From: a virus
Lineage: Duplodnaviria > Heunggongvirae > Uroviricota > Caudoviricetes
DNA length: 15,611 nucleotides
Strand: one strand, 5' to 3'
IMG/VR virus record: IMGVR_UViG_3300029733_000039
Span: 1 to 15,611 of that record
This document shows positions 1 to 6,865 of the stretch, one piece after another. Under the pieces are notes generated by a model that was not told the origin of the DNA, did no database searches, and was given only the letters and a program-made list of their open reading frames with translations. The position numbers and the translations under genes were made by a program. The number at the start of each line of letters is the position of its first letter. Position 1 is the stretch's first letter.

Positions 1-508
1 CATCCACCCCCTGCGCCCGGACTTCAGCCAGGAAAGCATCAGTGGTTGGCGTTTCAGGTATCTGTCTCCTCATCCGTTCTATTGCATGATTGAACCCGAA
101 GTCTTCCGCGAGAGATACGTCATCCATATTGTCATTGTCATCCTCAATATCCCGTGATTTTGGAATTGCAGACTTTATTCCCGCATTCTCAGCAGCCAGC
201 GCCGCGCACTTGGCCTCAAGAGCGGCAACCACTTCCTGATGGTCTTTGTACTTAACGTATGAGCCGGAGATGTCATCACCTTCGGTGTTTAGCCATGCGT
301 CATTGCAATTCACTGCGTAGGTTCTGATGCTGATGCTCTCCCGCCCCTGACAGACGCCAGGCCAGTCAATAAAGTATCCGCAATGCCTACCCTCAGACGT
401 GCGCGCAGGATAAATGCCGTTATGACCCGGCAAAATATATGCTACCCATTCATCTTGCGTTGCCTGTTCCGCCGCCTCGCGCAGTTCTTGATAGTCAATC
501 TTGCTCAC
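1..508 (-). CDS. Early-left operon protein, possibly Ead/Ea22-like; N-terminus complete, C-terminus beyond the window edge
   Basis: Minus-strand frame open from the window edge to a GTG at 508..506, preceded by AGGAGG (complement of 515..520) at 6-nt spacing. The GTG overlaps the TGA stop of the upstream gene (GTGA), indicating translational coupling. The family name is from memory of similar prophage proteins, not a search. Confidence 0.4.
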   Translation of the reverse strand, partial: MSKIDYQELREAAEQATQDEWVAYILPGHNGIYPARTSEGRHCGYFIDWPGVCQGRESISIRTYAVNCNDAWLNTEGDDISGSYVKYKDHQEVVAALEAKCAALAAENAGIKSAIPKSRDIEDDNDNMDDVSLAEDFGFNHAIERMRRQIPETPTTDAFLAEVRAQGVD

Positions 509-855
509 TGGTTGCCTCCTTTGCGAATCTGTTCCGCCCATTCTTCTAGGGATTTCTCCGCATATTCACCGGACAGGCCATCAATCGGGTGTGGTTCATT
601 AGCCAACTCTTCTTTCGCTGACAGAATCATGCGTGTAACGTCGAAAACTTCACGTAAAGACTTATTGATAAATCCGTGATTGAAAGCCGCAGCAAGACGG
701 CTTGCGGTATAGTTAATACCCTCGTTGCGAGCCTCAGCACGTACTTCATCGAATTTACGCACCAGATACTCAGCATTTGTTTCATTCACTTTCAGATCTC
801 GTGGTACACATTTCCCGCGAAGAAACCCTTCCATTTCGAAAACATTCATGCGCAT
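505..855 (-). CDS. Hypothetical phage early protein, 116 aa, in the position of YfdS
   Basis: ORF-track frame 505..855 on the minus strand. ATG at 855..853 with GGAG about 9 nt upstream. Overlaps the upstream YfdR-like gene by 10 nt and is coupled (GTGA) to the downstream gene. No recognisable motif; named by position only. Confidence 0.5.
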   Translation of the reverse strand: MRMNVFEMEGFLRGKCVPRDLKVNETNAEYLVRKFDEVRAEARNEGINYTASRLAAAFNHGFINKSLREVFDVTRMILSAKEELANEPHPIDGLSGEYAEKSLEEWAEQIRKGGNQ

Positions 856-1382
856 TTGCGTAACTCCGATAACTCGTTAAAACGTTCCATAAACATCCCG
901 TAGGCATGGCCTGGCGACAGTGGAATCACTTTGAACATCTCTGTTGCCGGGATACCTTCCAGTACAGGCCAGAAAGAGCTATCATCAAGCCCGAGATCGC
1001 GGCGTTCGGTTGCCAGCATGATGAGATCGGCATATTTCACGGGCGTGCTCATAACCGGGGGTAACCCGTATTTCTCACGGATTACGGCGTCTATTTTTTC
1101 TTCCATCCGTTTATAGTCAGGAAGAAGGCGTTTCAGTGGAGCGGGAATATCCTGGCAATACGCTTCTGTTGCATCATGCATTAACGCTTCAAAAGCAAAT
1201 TCCTGCGGCACCAGCTGGCTGCAAAGCACCGCATGTTGGGCGACACTGTAGAAGTGAGAAAGATGACCGGCAAAGCGGCAGATATTTGAAAGGGAAACCG
1301 CGATATCGTTAATCACGATGTCGTCTTTATTTATCCTGTCATAATAAAAATGCTTCCCGGAAAAAGTTTTAATAAATGACAT
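846..1382 (-). CDS. yfdR: HD-domain phosphohydrolase, YfdR-like 5'-deoxynucleotidase, about 179 aa
   Basis: The ORF track gives 846..1445; the preferred start is the internal ATG at 1382..1380 (MSFIKTF...), which has a GGAGAA RBS. The protein contains an HD-type motif (ALMHDATEAY) and histidines consistent with a metal-dependent phosphohydrolase. Size and synteny (after a YfdQ-like gene) match CPS-53 YfdR. Symbol assigned by synteny and length, not by sequence search. Confidence 0.6.
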   Translation of the reverse strand: MSFIKTFSGKHFYYDRINKDDIVINDIAVSLSNICRFAGHLSHFYSVAQHAVLCSQLVPQEFAFEALMHDATEAYCQDIPAPLKRLLPDYKRMEEKIDAVIREKYGLPPVMSTPVKYADLIMLATERRDLGLDDSSFWPVLEGIPATEMFKVIPLSPGHAYGMFMERFNELSELRKCA

Positions 1383-1510
1383 TTTGTTCTCCACTTTATA
1401 TGCGCTGCACCGCGCTGAATTTTGGTTAAAGAAAACCCTCGCCATCAGGCGATTATTGAGTCAATTATGTTTCCATAAATGCCCCCGCAGGGGCATTTGC
1501 AGTAATGAAA

Positions 1511-2335
1511 TCAGGCGGTGAAAGTACCAATAAAGGTTTCTACTTTGCTGTCTTTAAATTTCTCAACAAGCAGATCACGAAATTCGTTAGCCATTTCTTC
1601 CTGCACTGCTTCCAGCTGAATAATGCGCAGAACCAGTACAGGACGATCGCCAGTGATAATGCTGAGGCGTAATTTAAACGGACGTTCTTTCAGGCCTTCA
1701 AACGGAACGCATTTAAATTTAAATGCCACTGGCATAATATCTTTGGTCTTCGCTTCGACAGACTCCATCAGGGAGCGTTTGCCGCTGAAGTCATTATCTT
1801 CAAAATCAGCGGTCTGGTTCGCTTCAATTGTGATTTTACGGACCGCCGCAGCCGCTTTTGTTGCCTTAATAGCGTCACCATTAGCATCAAAGCCCACAAG
1901 ATAGTCGGCCCAGTCTTCAATCCATTCTGCCAGTGACTTCTGGGAGTTACGCTCGCCGTTAACAGACAACAGAGCAGAGAACGGTGCTGTCTTTTTCAGT
2001 TTGAGTGTGGCGGTGTTATCTGCGTGACCTGGTTCACCAATAGTACCCAGGTTAAGCACACTGACGGCACGCATATTATCGGCATCGATAAAGCAGCGGG
2101 TGCCTTCATCTGCAAGATCTTTAGAATAACGGGTAAAGTCATCGATGCTGGCAGTGGAAAGCGCACCACGGAAACGGAAGCGATTTAAATTAAATTTTTC
2201 CAGATCATGAATGCGGAAATTCTCAGGCAATGCCACAGCATCGGCACCAATCTTACTGATAATTTCATTAACACCCTGAGCAGAAATAAGGGCATGGATT
2301 TGATTAATTGCGGTTGCGTCTAAGTTCTGAGACAT
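1511..2335 (-). CDS. yfdQ: YfdQ-like protein (DUF2303 family), 274 aa
   Basis: Clean 274-aa minus-strand ORF with a GAGGA RBS 7 nt upstream of the ATG at 2335. Length is identical to E. coli K-12 CPS-53 YfdQ and it sits in the YfdP-YfdQ-YfdR order. Function unknown. Confidence 0.6.
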   Translation of the reverse strand: MSQNLDATAINQIHALISAQGVNEIISKIGADAVALPENFRIHDLEKFNLNRFRFRGALSTASIDDFTRYSKDLADEGTRCFIDADNMRAVSVLNLGTIGEPGHADNTATLKLKKTAPFSALLSVNGERNSQKSLAEWIEDWADYLVGFDANGDAIKATKAAAAVRKITIEANQTADFEDNDFSGKRSLMESVEAKTKDIMPVAFKFKCVPFEGLKERPFKLRLSIITGDRPVLVLRIIQLEAVQEEMANEFRDLLVEKFKDSKVETFIGTFTA

Positions 2336-2400
2336 AATAAGTCCTCACTATATTAAGATATTCAGTGATGAGATAAATAATCAGTTAATTAAGAACGATA

Positions 2401-2763
2401 TTAATGACCTGCTGCGCGGAGTTTTCCGTCAGGTTCACCGGCAAGAGTCAGTAATTGTCCCTGGTCTTCCTGCAGAATAGTCAGGCGACCACCTCGATTG
2501 ACATACATCGGCGTTTCGGTGGTGTCTTCTTCGGAGATTTTCCCGCGGTTAGTCGGGCGAACATATGAGAGTTTGTGTTTGATTTTCACACGGTTCTCAT
2601 CAAACGGTTCGATGTCCAGATTGACCGAGACTTTACCTTTGTTTTTCGTGTTCATCACACCGGAAGCGACTTCACTGAGAACTGCGCCGAGTTTGGTTTC
2701 AAATACGCCGCCGTCCAGTTCTACGATAAATACCTGCACATCAGTACTGCGTACGCTAGCCAT
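2401..2763 (-). CDS. yfdP: YfdP-like hypothetical protein, 120 aa
   Basis: The ORF track gives 2401..2949; the preferred start is the ATG at 2763..2761 (MASVRSTDVQ...), which has a strong GAGGAG RBS. This gives 120 aa, the length of K-12 YfdP. The upstream 62-codon extension has no RBS and overlaps structured leader sequence. Confidence 0.55.
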   Translation of the reverse strand: MASVRSTDVQVFIVELDGGVFETKLGAVLSEVASGVMNTKNKGKVSVNLDIEPFDENRVKIKHKLSYVRPTNRGKISEEDTTETPMYVNRGGRLTILQEDQGQLLTLAGEPDGKLRAAGH

Positions 2764-2900
2764 TTTGCTGCTCCTCATCATACCGACCCTGCAAGGTCGG
2801 TTGGTTTCTCCACAAAACAGAGAAGAACACCTGCGGTGACAGCCGCCCGGATGGATTGGGTTATGAGCCCGTCGTCCGGTGATGCTCTTCTCTGTTTTGT

Positions 2901-2962
2901 AAAAAGAGCGGTACCAGCCGGAAGCAAGTGTACAAACTGGTACCGCCAAAGCAGTGGCTGTT
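2901..2962 (-). ncRNA. dicF: DicF-like small RNA with intrinsic terminator
   Basis: The minus-strand sequence UUUGGCGGUACCAGUUU matches the DicF core as I recall it (UUUGGCGGUAUCAGUUU) at 16 of 17 positions. It is followed by an 11-bp terminator stem (5' arm 2947..2937, 3' arm 2917..2907, including one G-U pair) with a 19-nt loop and a UCUUUUU tract (2907..2901). It lies in the early-left leader downstream of the repressor gene, as dicF does in Qin. The 5' end is not determinable from sequence. Confidence 0.5.
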
Positions 2963-3439
2963 GTGGTGCCGGTGCTGATCTCCGGCTTGCGGTTATTTCA
3001 GACTCTCACGGGCGTTTGATTGCCCCGCCGAACAGCTCTTTTCCGCAATAGCCGCAATGTCTTTCGCGCATCAGCCTGCGCATTCACCACAACGCTGAGA
3101 GCATTGCCGGTGTCCGAATCGAACGGACCTTTTCCCTGCCCAACCCTCCCATCTGAATGGGACTGTCTGGAATTGAACCAGCACTTATGCCTTGCTCGTC
3201 AATGCTCTCATCGTTGCGTCCTGGTCTCTTCCCAGGCGTCAAACCGAATCGCCACGCTGGTTAGGCGTCTTATCAGCATCATCATTGACTTGCACATTCC
3301 GGCTACCTGGTTTGTTTGCCCGAGCAAGGAGTGGATTGTCCCCTTTAACGTCCCCAGACCGCTAACGACGCATGTGCCATACGCCGTGTTACAACCAAAT
3401 TTTGTTTAATCTTGCCTGTGGCATGTTTCTTTTAGATAC

Positions 3440-3467
3440 ATTATGTATCTCAAGGGTACATTGTCAA
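3440..3467 (-). promoter_or_regulatory. Candidate PL early-left promoter with operator half-site
   Basis: On the minus strand: TTGACA (complement of 3462..3467), a 16-nt spacer, then CATAAT (complement of 3440..3445). A GGGTACA motif shared with the OR operator lies in the spacer. Inference only. Confidence 0.35.
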
Positions 3468-3470
3468 GTA

Positions 3471-3494
3471 TAAAAAAACCTGCCGAAGCAGGTT
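3471..3494 (-). terminator. Rho-independent terminator after the repressor gene
   Basis: Minus-strand hairpin AACCUGC-UUCG-GCAGGUU followed by a U7 tract, 12 nt downstream of the CI stop codon. Confidence 0.6.
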
Positions 3495-3505
3495 ATAAAT
3501 ATTGA

Positions 3506-4180
3506 TTAGGCCTTTATTTTGTATCTTCTTGGTTTTCCTGAGAAAATTACTGTACCAATTATAGAGCAATTACCGTTAATCTTAATGTAAGGCTCAGGCC
3601 AGTTTGGGTTTAATGCTTTGAGATAACGCTGTGTTCCATCTTCTATCAATCGCTTGAAGGTGGTTTCGCCTGTATCGTGCATCAATGCAATAACGTCGTC
3701 ACCGTGGCAGGCAGGGACTTCGGGATCAACAAAAATCATGTCTCCCGGGCGGTACTCATCAATCATTGAATCACCAATCACCCGCAAGATATAAGTCATT
3801 TCGCCACAGGGTACAGGGCAGGGATAAGTTTCTGCTGTGCTCAAATCAACCTCAGAATAGCCAACTTCTTTCCATGCTCCGGCCTGTACCCATGATATGA
3901 CAGGGACTAACGTTATTTGTTTGTTAGTAATTGAAACATCAGGTTTTTTTGTGATGTTTGTTGTCTGGTGTTCTTGATCAAGCCATCCGACAGGCAGGTC
4001 GAAACATTTTTCGATGTGCCGTGCCATGCTGTCACCGATATTTTTAGTAGCACCATCTCCCATAAACCTGCTGGTCTGGGTTGGCTCGCGATCAATCATG
4101 GTGGCAAAGGAAGAATTCCCGCCAACACCATCTCTCAGTTTTCTGGCGTTAGACCGCCGGATGTCATGGACTGTTTTCAT
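3506..4180 (-). CDS. CI-like phage repressor with C-terminal S24 (LexA-type) autopeptidase domain
   Basis: 224-aa ORF divergent from the cro-like gene. The C-terminal half has the S24 Ser-Lys dyad signature (VIGDSM ... TFKRL). The N-terminal part is consistent with a DNA-binding domain. A terminator follows directly. Confidence 0.85.
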   Translation of the reverse strand: MKTVHDIRRSNARKLRDGVGGNSSFATMIDREPTQTSRFMGDGATKNIGDSMARHIEKCFDLPVGWLDQEHQTTNITKKPDVSITNKQITLVPVISWVQAGAWKEVGYSEVDLSTAETYPCPVPCGEMTYILRVIGDSMIDEYRPGDMIFVDPEVPACHGDDVIALMHDTGETTFKRLIEDGTQRYLKALNPNWPEPYIKINGNCSIIGTVIFSGKPRRYKIKA

Positions 4181-4197
4181 AACGAAATTAAAACCTT

Positions 4198-4216
4198 TGT
4201 ACCGATAGGGTACAAG
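4198..4216. promoter_or_regulatory. Operator-like palindrome (OR) in the cI-cro divergent region
   Basis: Inverted repeat TTGTACC-GATAG-GGTACAA sits just upstream of the PR -35. The GGGTACA half-site recurs at the candidate PL near 3451..3460. Confidence 0.5.
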
Positions 4217-4220
4217 TATC

Positions 4221-4248
4221 TTGAAGGTTCATCTCAATCATGTAATAT
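4221..4248 (+). promoter_or_regulatory. Candidate PR promoter
   Basis: TTGAAG (4221..4226), 16-nt spacer, TAATAT (4243..4248). GGAGG RBS at 4256..4260 and cro ATG at 4271. Confidence 0.5.
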
Positions 4249-4270
4249 GTATATCGGAGGTACATATTGT

Positions 4271-4471
4271 ATGAAAGCGTATTGGGACTCTTTAACCAAA
4301 GAACAGCAGGGCGAGTTGGCCGGAAAAGTTGGCTCAACACCAGGCTACTTACGGCTGGTTTTCAATGGTTATAAAAAAGCCAGTTTTGTGCTGGCTAAAA
4401 AACTTGAGCAATGCACGTCAGGTGCAATTACGAAATCTGACTTAAGACCGGATATCTATCCGAAAGATTAA
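4271..4471 (+). CDS. Cro-like small DNA-binding protein, YdaS family, 66 aa
   Basis: ATG at 4271 preceded by GGAGG. The protein ends with a LRPDIYPKD motif reminiscent of YdaS/Cro-like proteins. The track ORF 3968..4471 is a long N-terminal extension through the repressor gene and is rejected. Confidence 0.7.
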   Translation: MKAYWDSLTKEQQGELAGKVGSTPGYLRLVFNGYKKASFVLAKKLEQCTSGAITKSDLRPDIYPKD

Positions 4472-4502
4472 CAGAACACCTTCAATTTTTAACCACAGAA
4501 CG

Positions 4503-5072
4503 ATGAGGCTAACCGTGGGTAAGCATCACTGGAAAGTAGAAAAACAGCCTGAGTGGTACGTGAAAGCTGTCAGAAAAACTATCGCGGCGTTGCCGGGGGG
4601 TTACGCTGAAGCTGCTGAGTGGCTGGATGTAACAGAGAACGCTTTATTCAACCGCCTTCGTGCAGATGGCGATCAGATTTTCCCGCTGGGATGGGCAATG
4701 ATTTTACAGCGCGCGGCTGGCACTCACTACATTGCGGATGCTGTCGCACAGTCTGCTGGTGGGGTGTTTGTATCGCTTCCTGAAATTGAGGAAGTAGAGA
4801 ATGCCGATATAAACCAGCGCCTGCTGGAAGTCATCGAACAGATCGGGAGTTACTCAAAGCAGATTCGTTCGGCAATCGAAGATGGGGTAGTGGAGCCACA
4901 CGAGCAGACAGCAATTAATGATGAGTTGTATCTGTCAATTTCGAAGCTCCAGGAGCATGCAGCACTGGTCTACAAAATCTTTTGCGCTCCAGAAAAGAGT
5001 GACGCCCGCGAGTGTGCAGCTCCGGGCGTCGTGGCGTCGATTGCTTCTGGTTGTGGAGAAACTAACGCATGA
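4503..5072 (+). CDS. YdaT-like / CII-position regulatory protein, 189 aa
   Basis: First gene downstream of cro in the PR operon. Family resemblance to YdaT (structurally CII-like) is from memory. An alternative GTG start at 4515 has a GAGG RBS. The stop overlaps the next ATG (ATGA). Confidence 0.5.
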   Translation: MRLTVGKHHWKVEKQPEWYVKAVRKTIAALPGGYAEAAEWLDVTENALFNRLRADGDQIFPLGWAMILQRAAGTHYIADAVAQSAGGVFVSLPEIEEVENADINQRLLEVIEQIGSYSKQIRSAIEDGVVEPHEQTAINDELYLSISKLQEHAALVYKIFCAPEKSDARECAAPGVVASIASGCGETNA

Positions 5073-6865
5073 ATAGTTTAACGGCAAATAACCGTTTGTC
5101 GCAACAGCTGGTGGTCAGCGTCGCTGAACACCTGTTGTTACGGCATGAATGCAGATTACCAAATCACCTGGCTGTAAGTAACCACAGAGAACTTTACCTG
5201 ACTGTGGGGGGCGAGTTGTGCAGGAACTTAACCGCTGGTTTCGTGACGGAAGAGGGCTTTATGTCCATGTTATTCGTTGGGAGCCAGAAACACAGCGCGT
5301 TATCTATCTTCGCAAAGACTACCCGCATGAGTGCTTTAGTCCTTTGTGGAAATTCAGGCGTGATTTTGTTGAGTGTGAAGGACCACCAGCATATTGATTC
5401 TGCCATTCCGGGACGTTACACTGTTCAGGCACCTTATAAAGCGGGTGCCGGGATTGGCGTCCTGAAATTGTCAACGGCGATGTATGACGCGCCAGCGTCT
5501 TTTTTATCGTCCGCATTTGCTCACATCCAGATAATGGTGGGCTGGGCGGGGGCACCGAAAGGTGCGCCGGTCTCCGTTGACGCCGGTTACGCCAACCCCG
5601 TCCAGTTCACCACCAGTGAAATTGGCGTTTCCGGTGGTGGAAGTTTTTCACTGTCAACGGAGGCTGCCATCATGGCTACGATCCCAGCCCTCACTCAACC
5701 TGAAATCACCATTGACAACGGCCAGGCCGTTACCACTTCTTTGGCTGTTGCCAACTCCTTCTCCAAGCGTCACGACGATGTGCTGAAAAAGATCCGCACT
5801 CTGGATTGTTCCCCTGAGTTTTGTGCCCGCAATTTTGCGGAGACATCGATTTCGGTAAATCAACCGAACGGTGGTACACGCAAGCTCCCTTGCTATCAAA
5901 TCACACGAGACGGTTTTGCGTTTCTTGCTATGGGTTTCACGGGTAAACGTGCTGCCCGGTTCAAAGAGGCATACATCAATGCCTTTAACCAGATGGAGAA
6001 ACGCTGCATTACGGCGTTATCCCTTTTTGACTATCTCCGCTTGTTGCGCCTTGCTGGTGTTCCGGGTTATATTTCTCGCGTTGCTGTAAATCCAGCAACC
6101 GGGTTTAGCAGCCCGGAACACATCACAGCGCACAACCGCGCCTGCGGTTTTTTTGTGTGCAATGCCCGGTCACATCTGAATTATGGTGGCCTGGGTAGGG
6201 GAGCCGAAAGGCTCGCCGGGTTCTGTGATGACCGGTCTGCTAACCCTGCTCAGGTTACCACCAGTTGTTTAGCAGCAGCTTGTGGTGATAAGTCAAAACT
6301 CATCACAGGGGCTGTCGTTATGACTACCATCCCAACCCTCGCTCAACCTGAACTTTGTGTTATTGATGGCAAAGTCGTTACTTCTTCGCTGGCTGTTGCC
6401 GATTATTTCCATAAACCCCACAAAGACGTACTGGCAAAAATTTCTCGTCTGGATTGTTCCGTCGAATTTACCGAGCGAAATTTCTCGCTCAGCAAATACA
6501 CCGATGTAACAGGGCGTAAGTTGCCGTGTTATCACATCACTAAAAATGGCTTCGCGTTCCTAGCTATGAGTTTTACAGGCAAGCGAGCGGCTCGTTTTAA
6601 AGAGGTGTACATAAACGCCTTTGACCAGATGGAAAATCAACTTTCAAATCCTTCTAGGTTGAATGACGTCGCACATAACGCCAGCGTTCTCTATTCCTAC
6701 ATTTCATCAATTCATCAGGTCTGGCTGCAGCAGCTTTATCCCATGTTGGCAAAAGCCGAATCCCCGCTGGCTGTAAGTCTGTATGACCGCATCAACGACG
6801 CGGCGCTACTGGCCAGTCTCATAAATTTGTCGCTGAATCCTTCAGAGGTAAGGGGGCGCAAATGA
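5069..6865 (+). CDS. 598-codon ORF with two tandem Rha (phage regulatory protein / antirepressor-like) domains; gene model uncertain
   Basis: Single open frame 5069..6865. Two Rha-type domains (TTSLAVA ... LPCY.ITRDGFAFLAM.FTGKRAARFKE.YINAF.QME) begin at in-frame ATGs 5672 and 6320, each with its own RBS (GGAGG at 5659..5663; AGGGG at 6306..6310). The first 200 codons have no recognisable domain. Internal nucleotide-level elements (see findings) suggest the real products may be shorter, for example 5672..6865 or 6320..6865. Confidence 0.5.
   Translation: MNSLTANNRLSQQLVVSVAEHLLLRHECRLPNHLAVSNHRELYLTVGGELCRNLTAGFVTEEGFMSMLFVGSQKHSALSIFAKTTRMSALVLCGNSGVILLSVKDHQHIDSAIPGRYTVQAPYKAGAGIGVLKLSTAMYDAPASFLSSAFAHIQIMVGWAGAPKGAPVSVDAGYANPVQFTTSEIGVSGGGSFSLSTEAAIMATIPALTQPEITIDNGQAVTTSLAVANSFSKRHDDVLKKIRTLDCSPEFCARNFAETSISVNQPNGGTRKLPCYQITRDGFAFLAMGFTGKRAARFKEAYINAFNQMEKRCITALSLFDYLRLLRLAGVPGYISRVAVNPATGFSSPEHITAHNRACGFFVCNARSHLNYGGLGRGAERLAGFCDDRSANPAQVTTSCLAAACGDKSKLITGAVVMTTIPTLAQPELCVIDGKVVTSSLAVADYFHKPHKDVLAKISRLDCSVEFTERNFSLSKYTDVTGRKLPCYHITKNGFAFLAMSFTGKRAARFKEVYINAFDQMENQLSNPSRLNDVAHNASVLYSYISSIHQVWLQQLYPMLAKAESPLAVSLYDRINDAALLASLINLSLNPSEVRGRK
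5486..5615 (+). repeat. Copy 1 of a conserved structured module (terminator-like hairpin plus multi-stem element) upstream of Rha domain 1
   Basis: Hairpin GACGC-GCCA-GCGTC plus T6 (5486..5505). Then outer stem GGTGG (5536..5540) / CCACC (5610..5614), a 10-bp stem 5542..5551 / 5596..5605, a GAAA-loop hairpin 5552..5565, and a CCGG/CCGG hairpin with 12-nt loop 5567..5586. Confidence 0.6.
6134..6263 (+). repeat. Copy 2 of the same structured module, upstream of Rha domain 2
   Basis: Hairpin AACCGC-GCCT-GCGGTT plus T-run (6134..6154). Outer stem GGTGG (6185..6189) / CCACC (6258..6262), stem 6191..6200 / 6244..6253, GAAA-loop hairpin 6201..6214, CCGG/CCGG hairpin 6216..6235. Several base pairs differ from copy 1 by compensatory changes. 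Copy 2 is 1 nt shorter, so the 5' part is read in a different frame from copy 1. Confidence 0.6.

Noticed and set aside
383-1116. Plus-strand ORFs 383..679, 676..903 and 931..1116
   Set aside because: They lie antisense to better-supported minus-strand genes with RBSs and coupling, and have no RBS or recognisable motif.
1623-1904. Plus-strand ORF inside the YfdQ-like gene
   Set aside because: Antisense shadow ORF within a 274-aa gene of conserved length.
2401-2949. Full 182-aa version of the YfdP-like ORF
   Set aside because: The 62-codon N-terminal extension has no RBS and would run through the DicF-like terminator region; the internal ATG at 2763 has a strong GAGGAG RBS and gives the 120-aa length expected for YfdP.
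3101-3180. Possible tRNA gene on the minus strand (T-arm-like motifs GTCCG-TTCGATT-CGGAC and CTGG-TTCAATT-CCAG)
   Set aside because: A 7-bp acceptor-like pairing can be drawn, but I could not build a D-arm or a 7-nt anticodon loop, so no canonical cloverleaf. Kept only as a tRNA-like motif inside a finding; tRNAscan-SE or Aragorn would settle it.
2498-3409. Plus-strand ORFs 2498..2839, 2575..3051 and 3020..3409 in the early-left leader
   Set aside because: They are antisense to the leftward transcription unit, lack RBSs, and overlap strong RNA-structure elements; odd amino-acid composition.
3913-4208. Short ORFs 3913..4095 (minus) and 4014..4208 (plus) within the repressor gene
   Set aside because: Out-of-frame or antisense overlaps of a well-supported S24 repressor CDS.
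3968-4471. 167-aa ORF extending the cro-like gene upstream through the operator and repressor gene
   Set aside because: The extension covers the promoter / operator and the antisense of cI; the internal ATG at 4271 has a GGAGG RBS.
5194-6535. Minus-strand and alternative-frame ORFs inside the Rha region (5194..5406, 5319..5555, 5562..5786, 5654..5899, 5871..6089, 6293..6535)
   Set aside because: Short, no RBS, and overlap the Rha domains or the structured modules; Pro/Ser/Arg-rich composition typical of off-frame translation.
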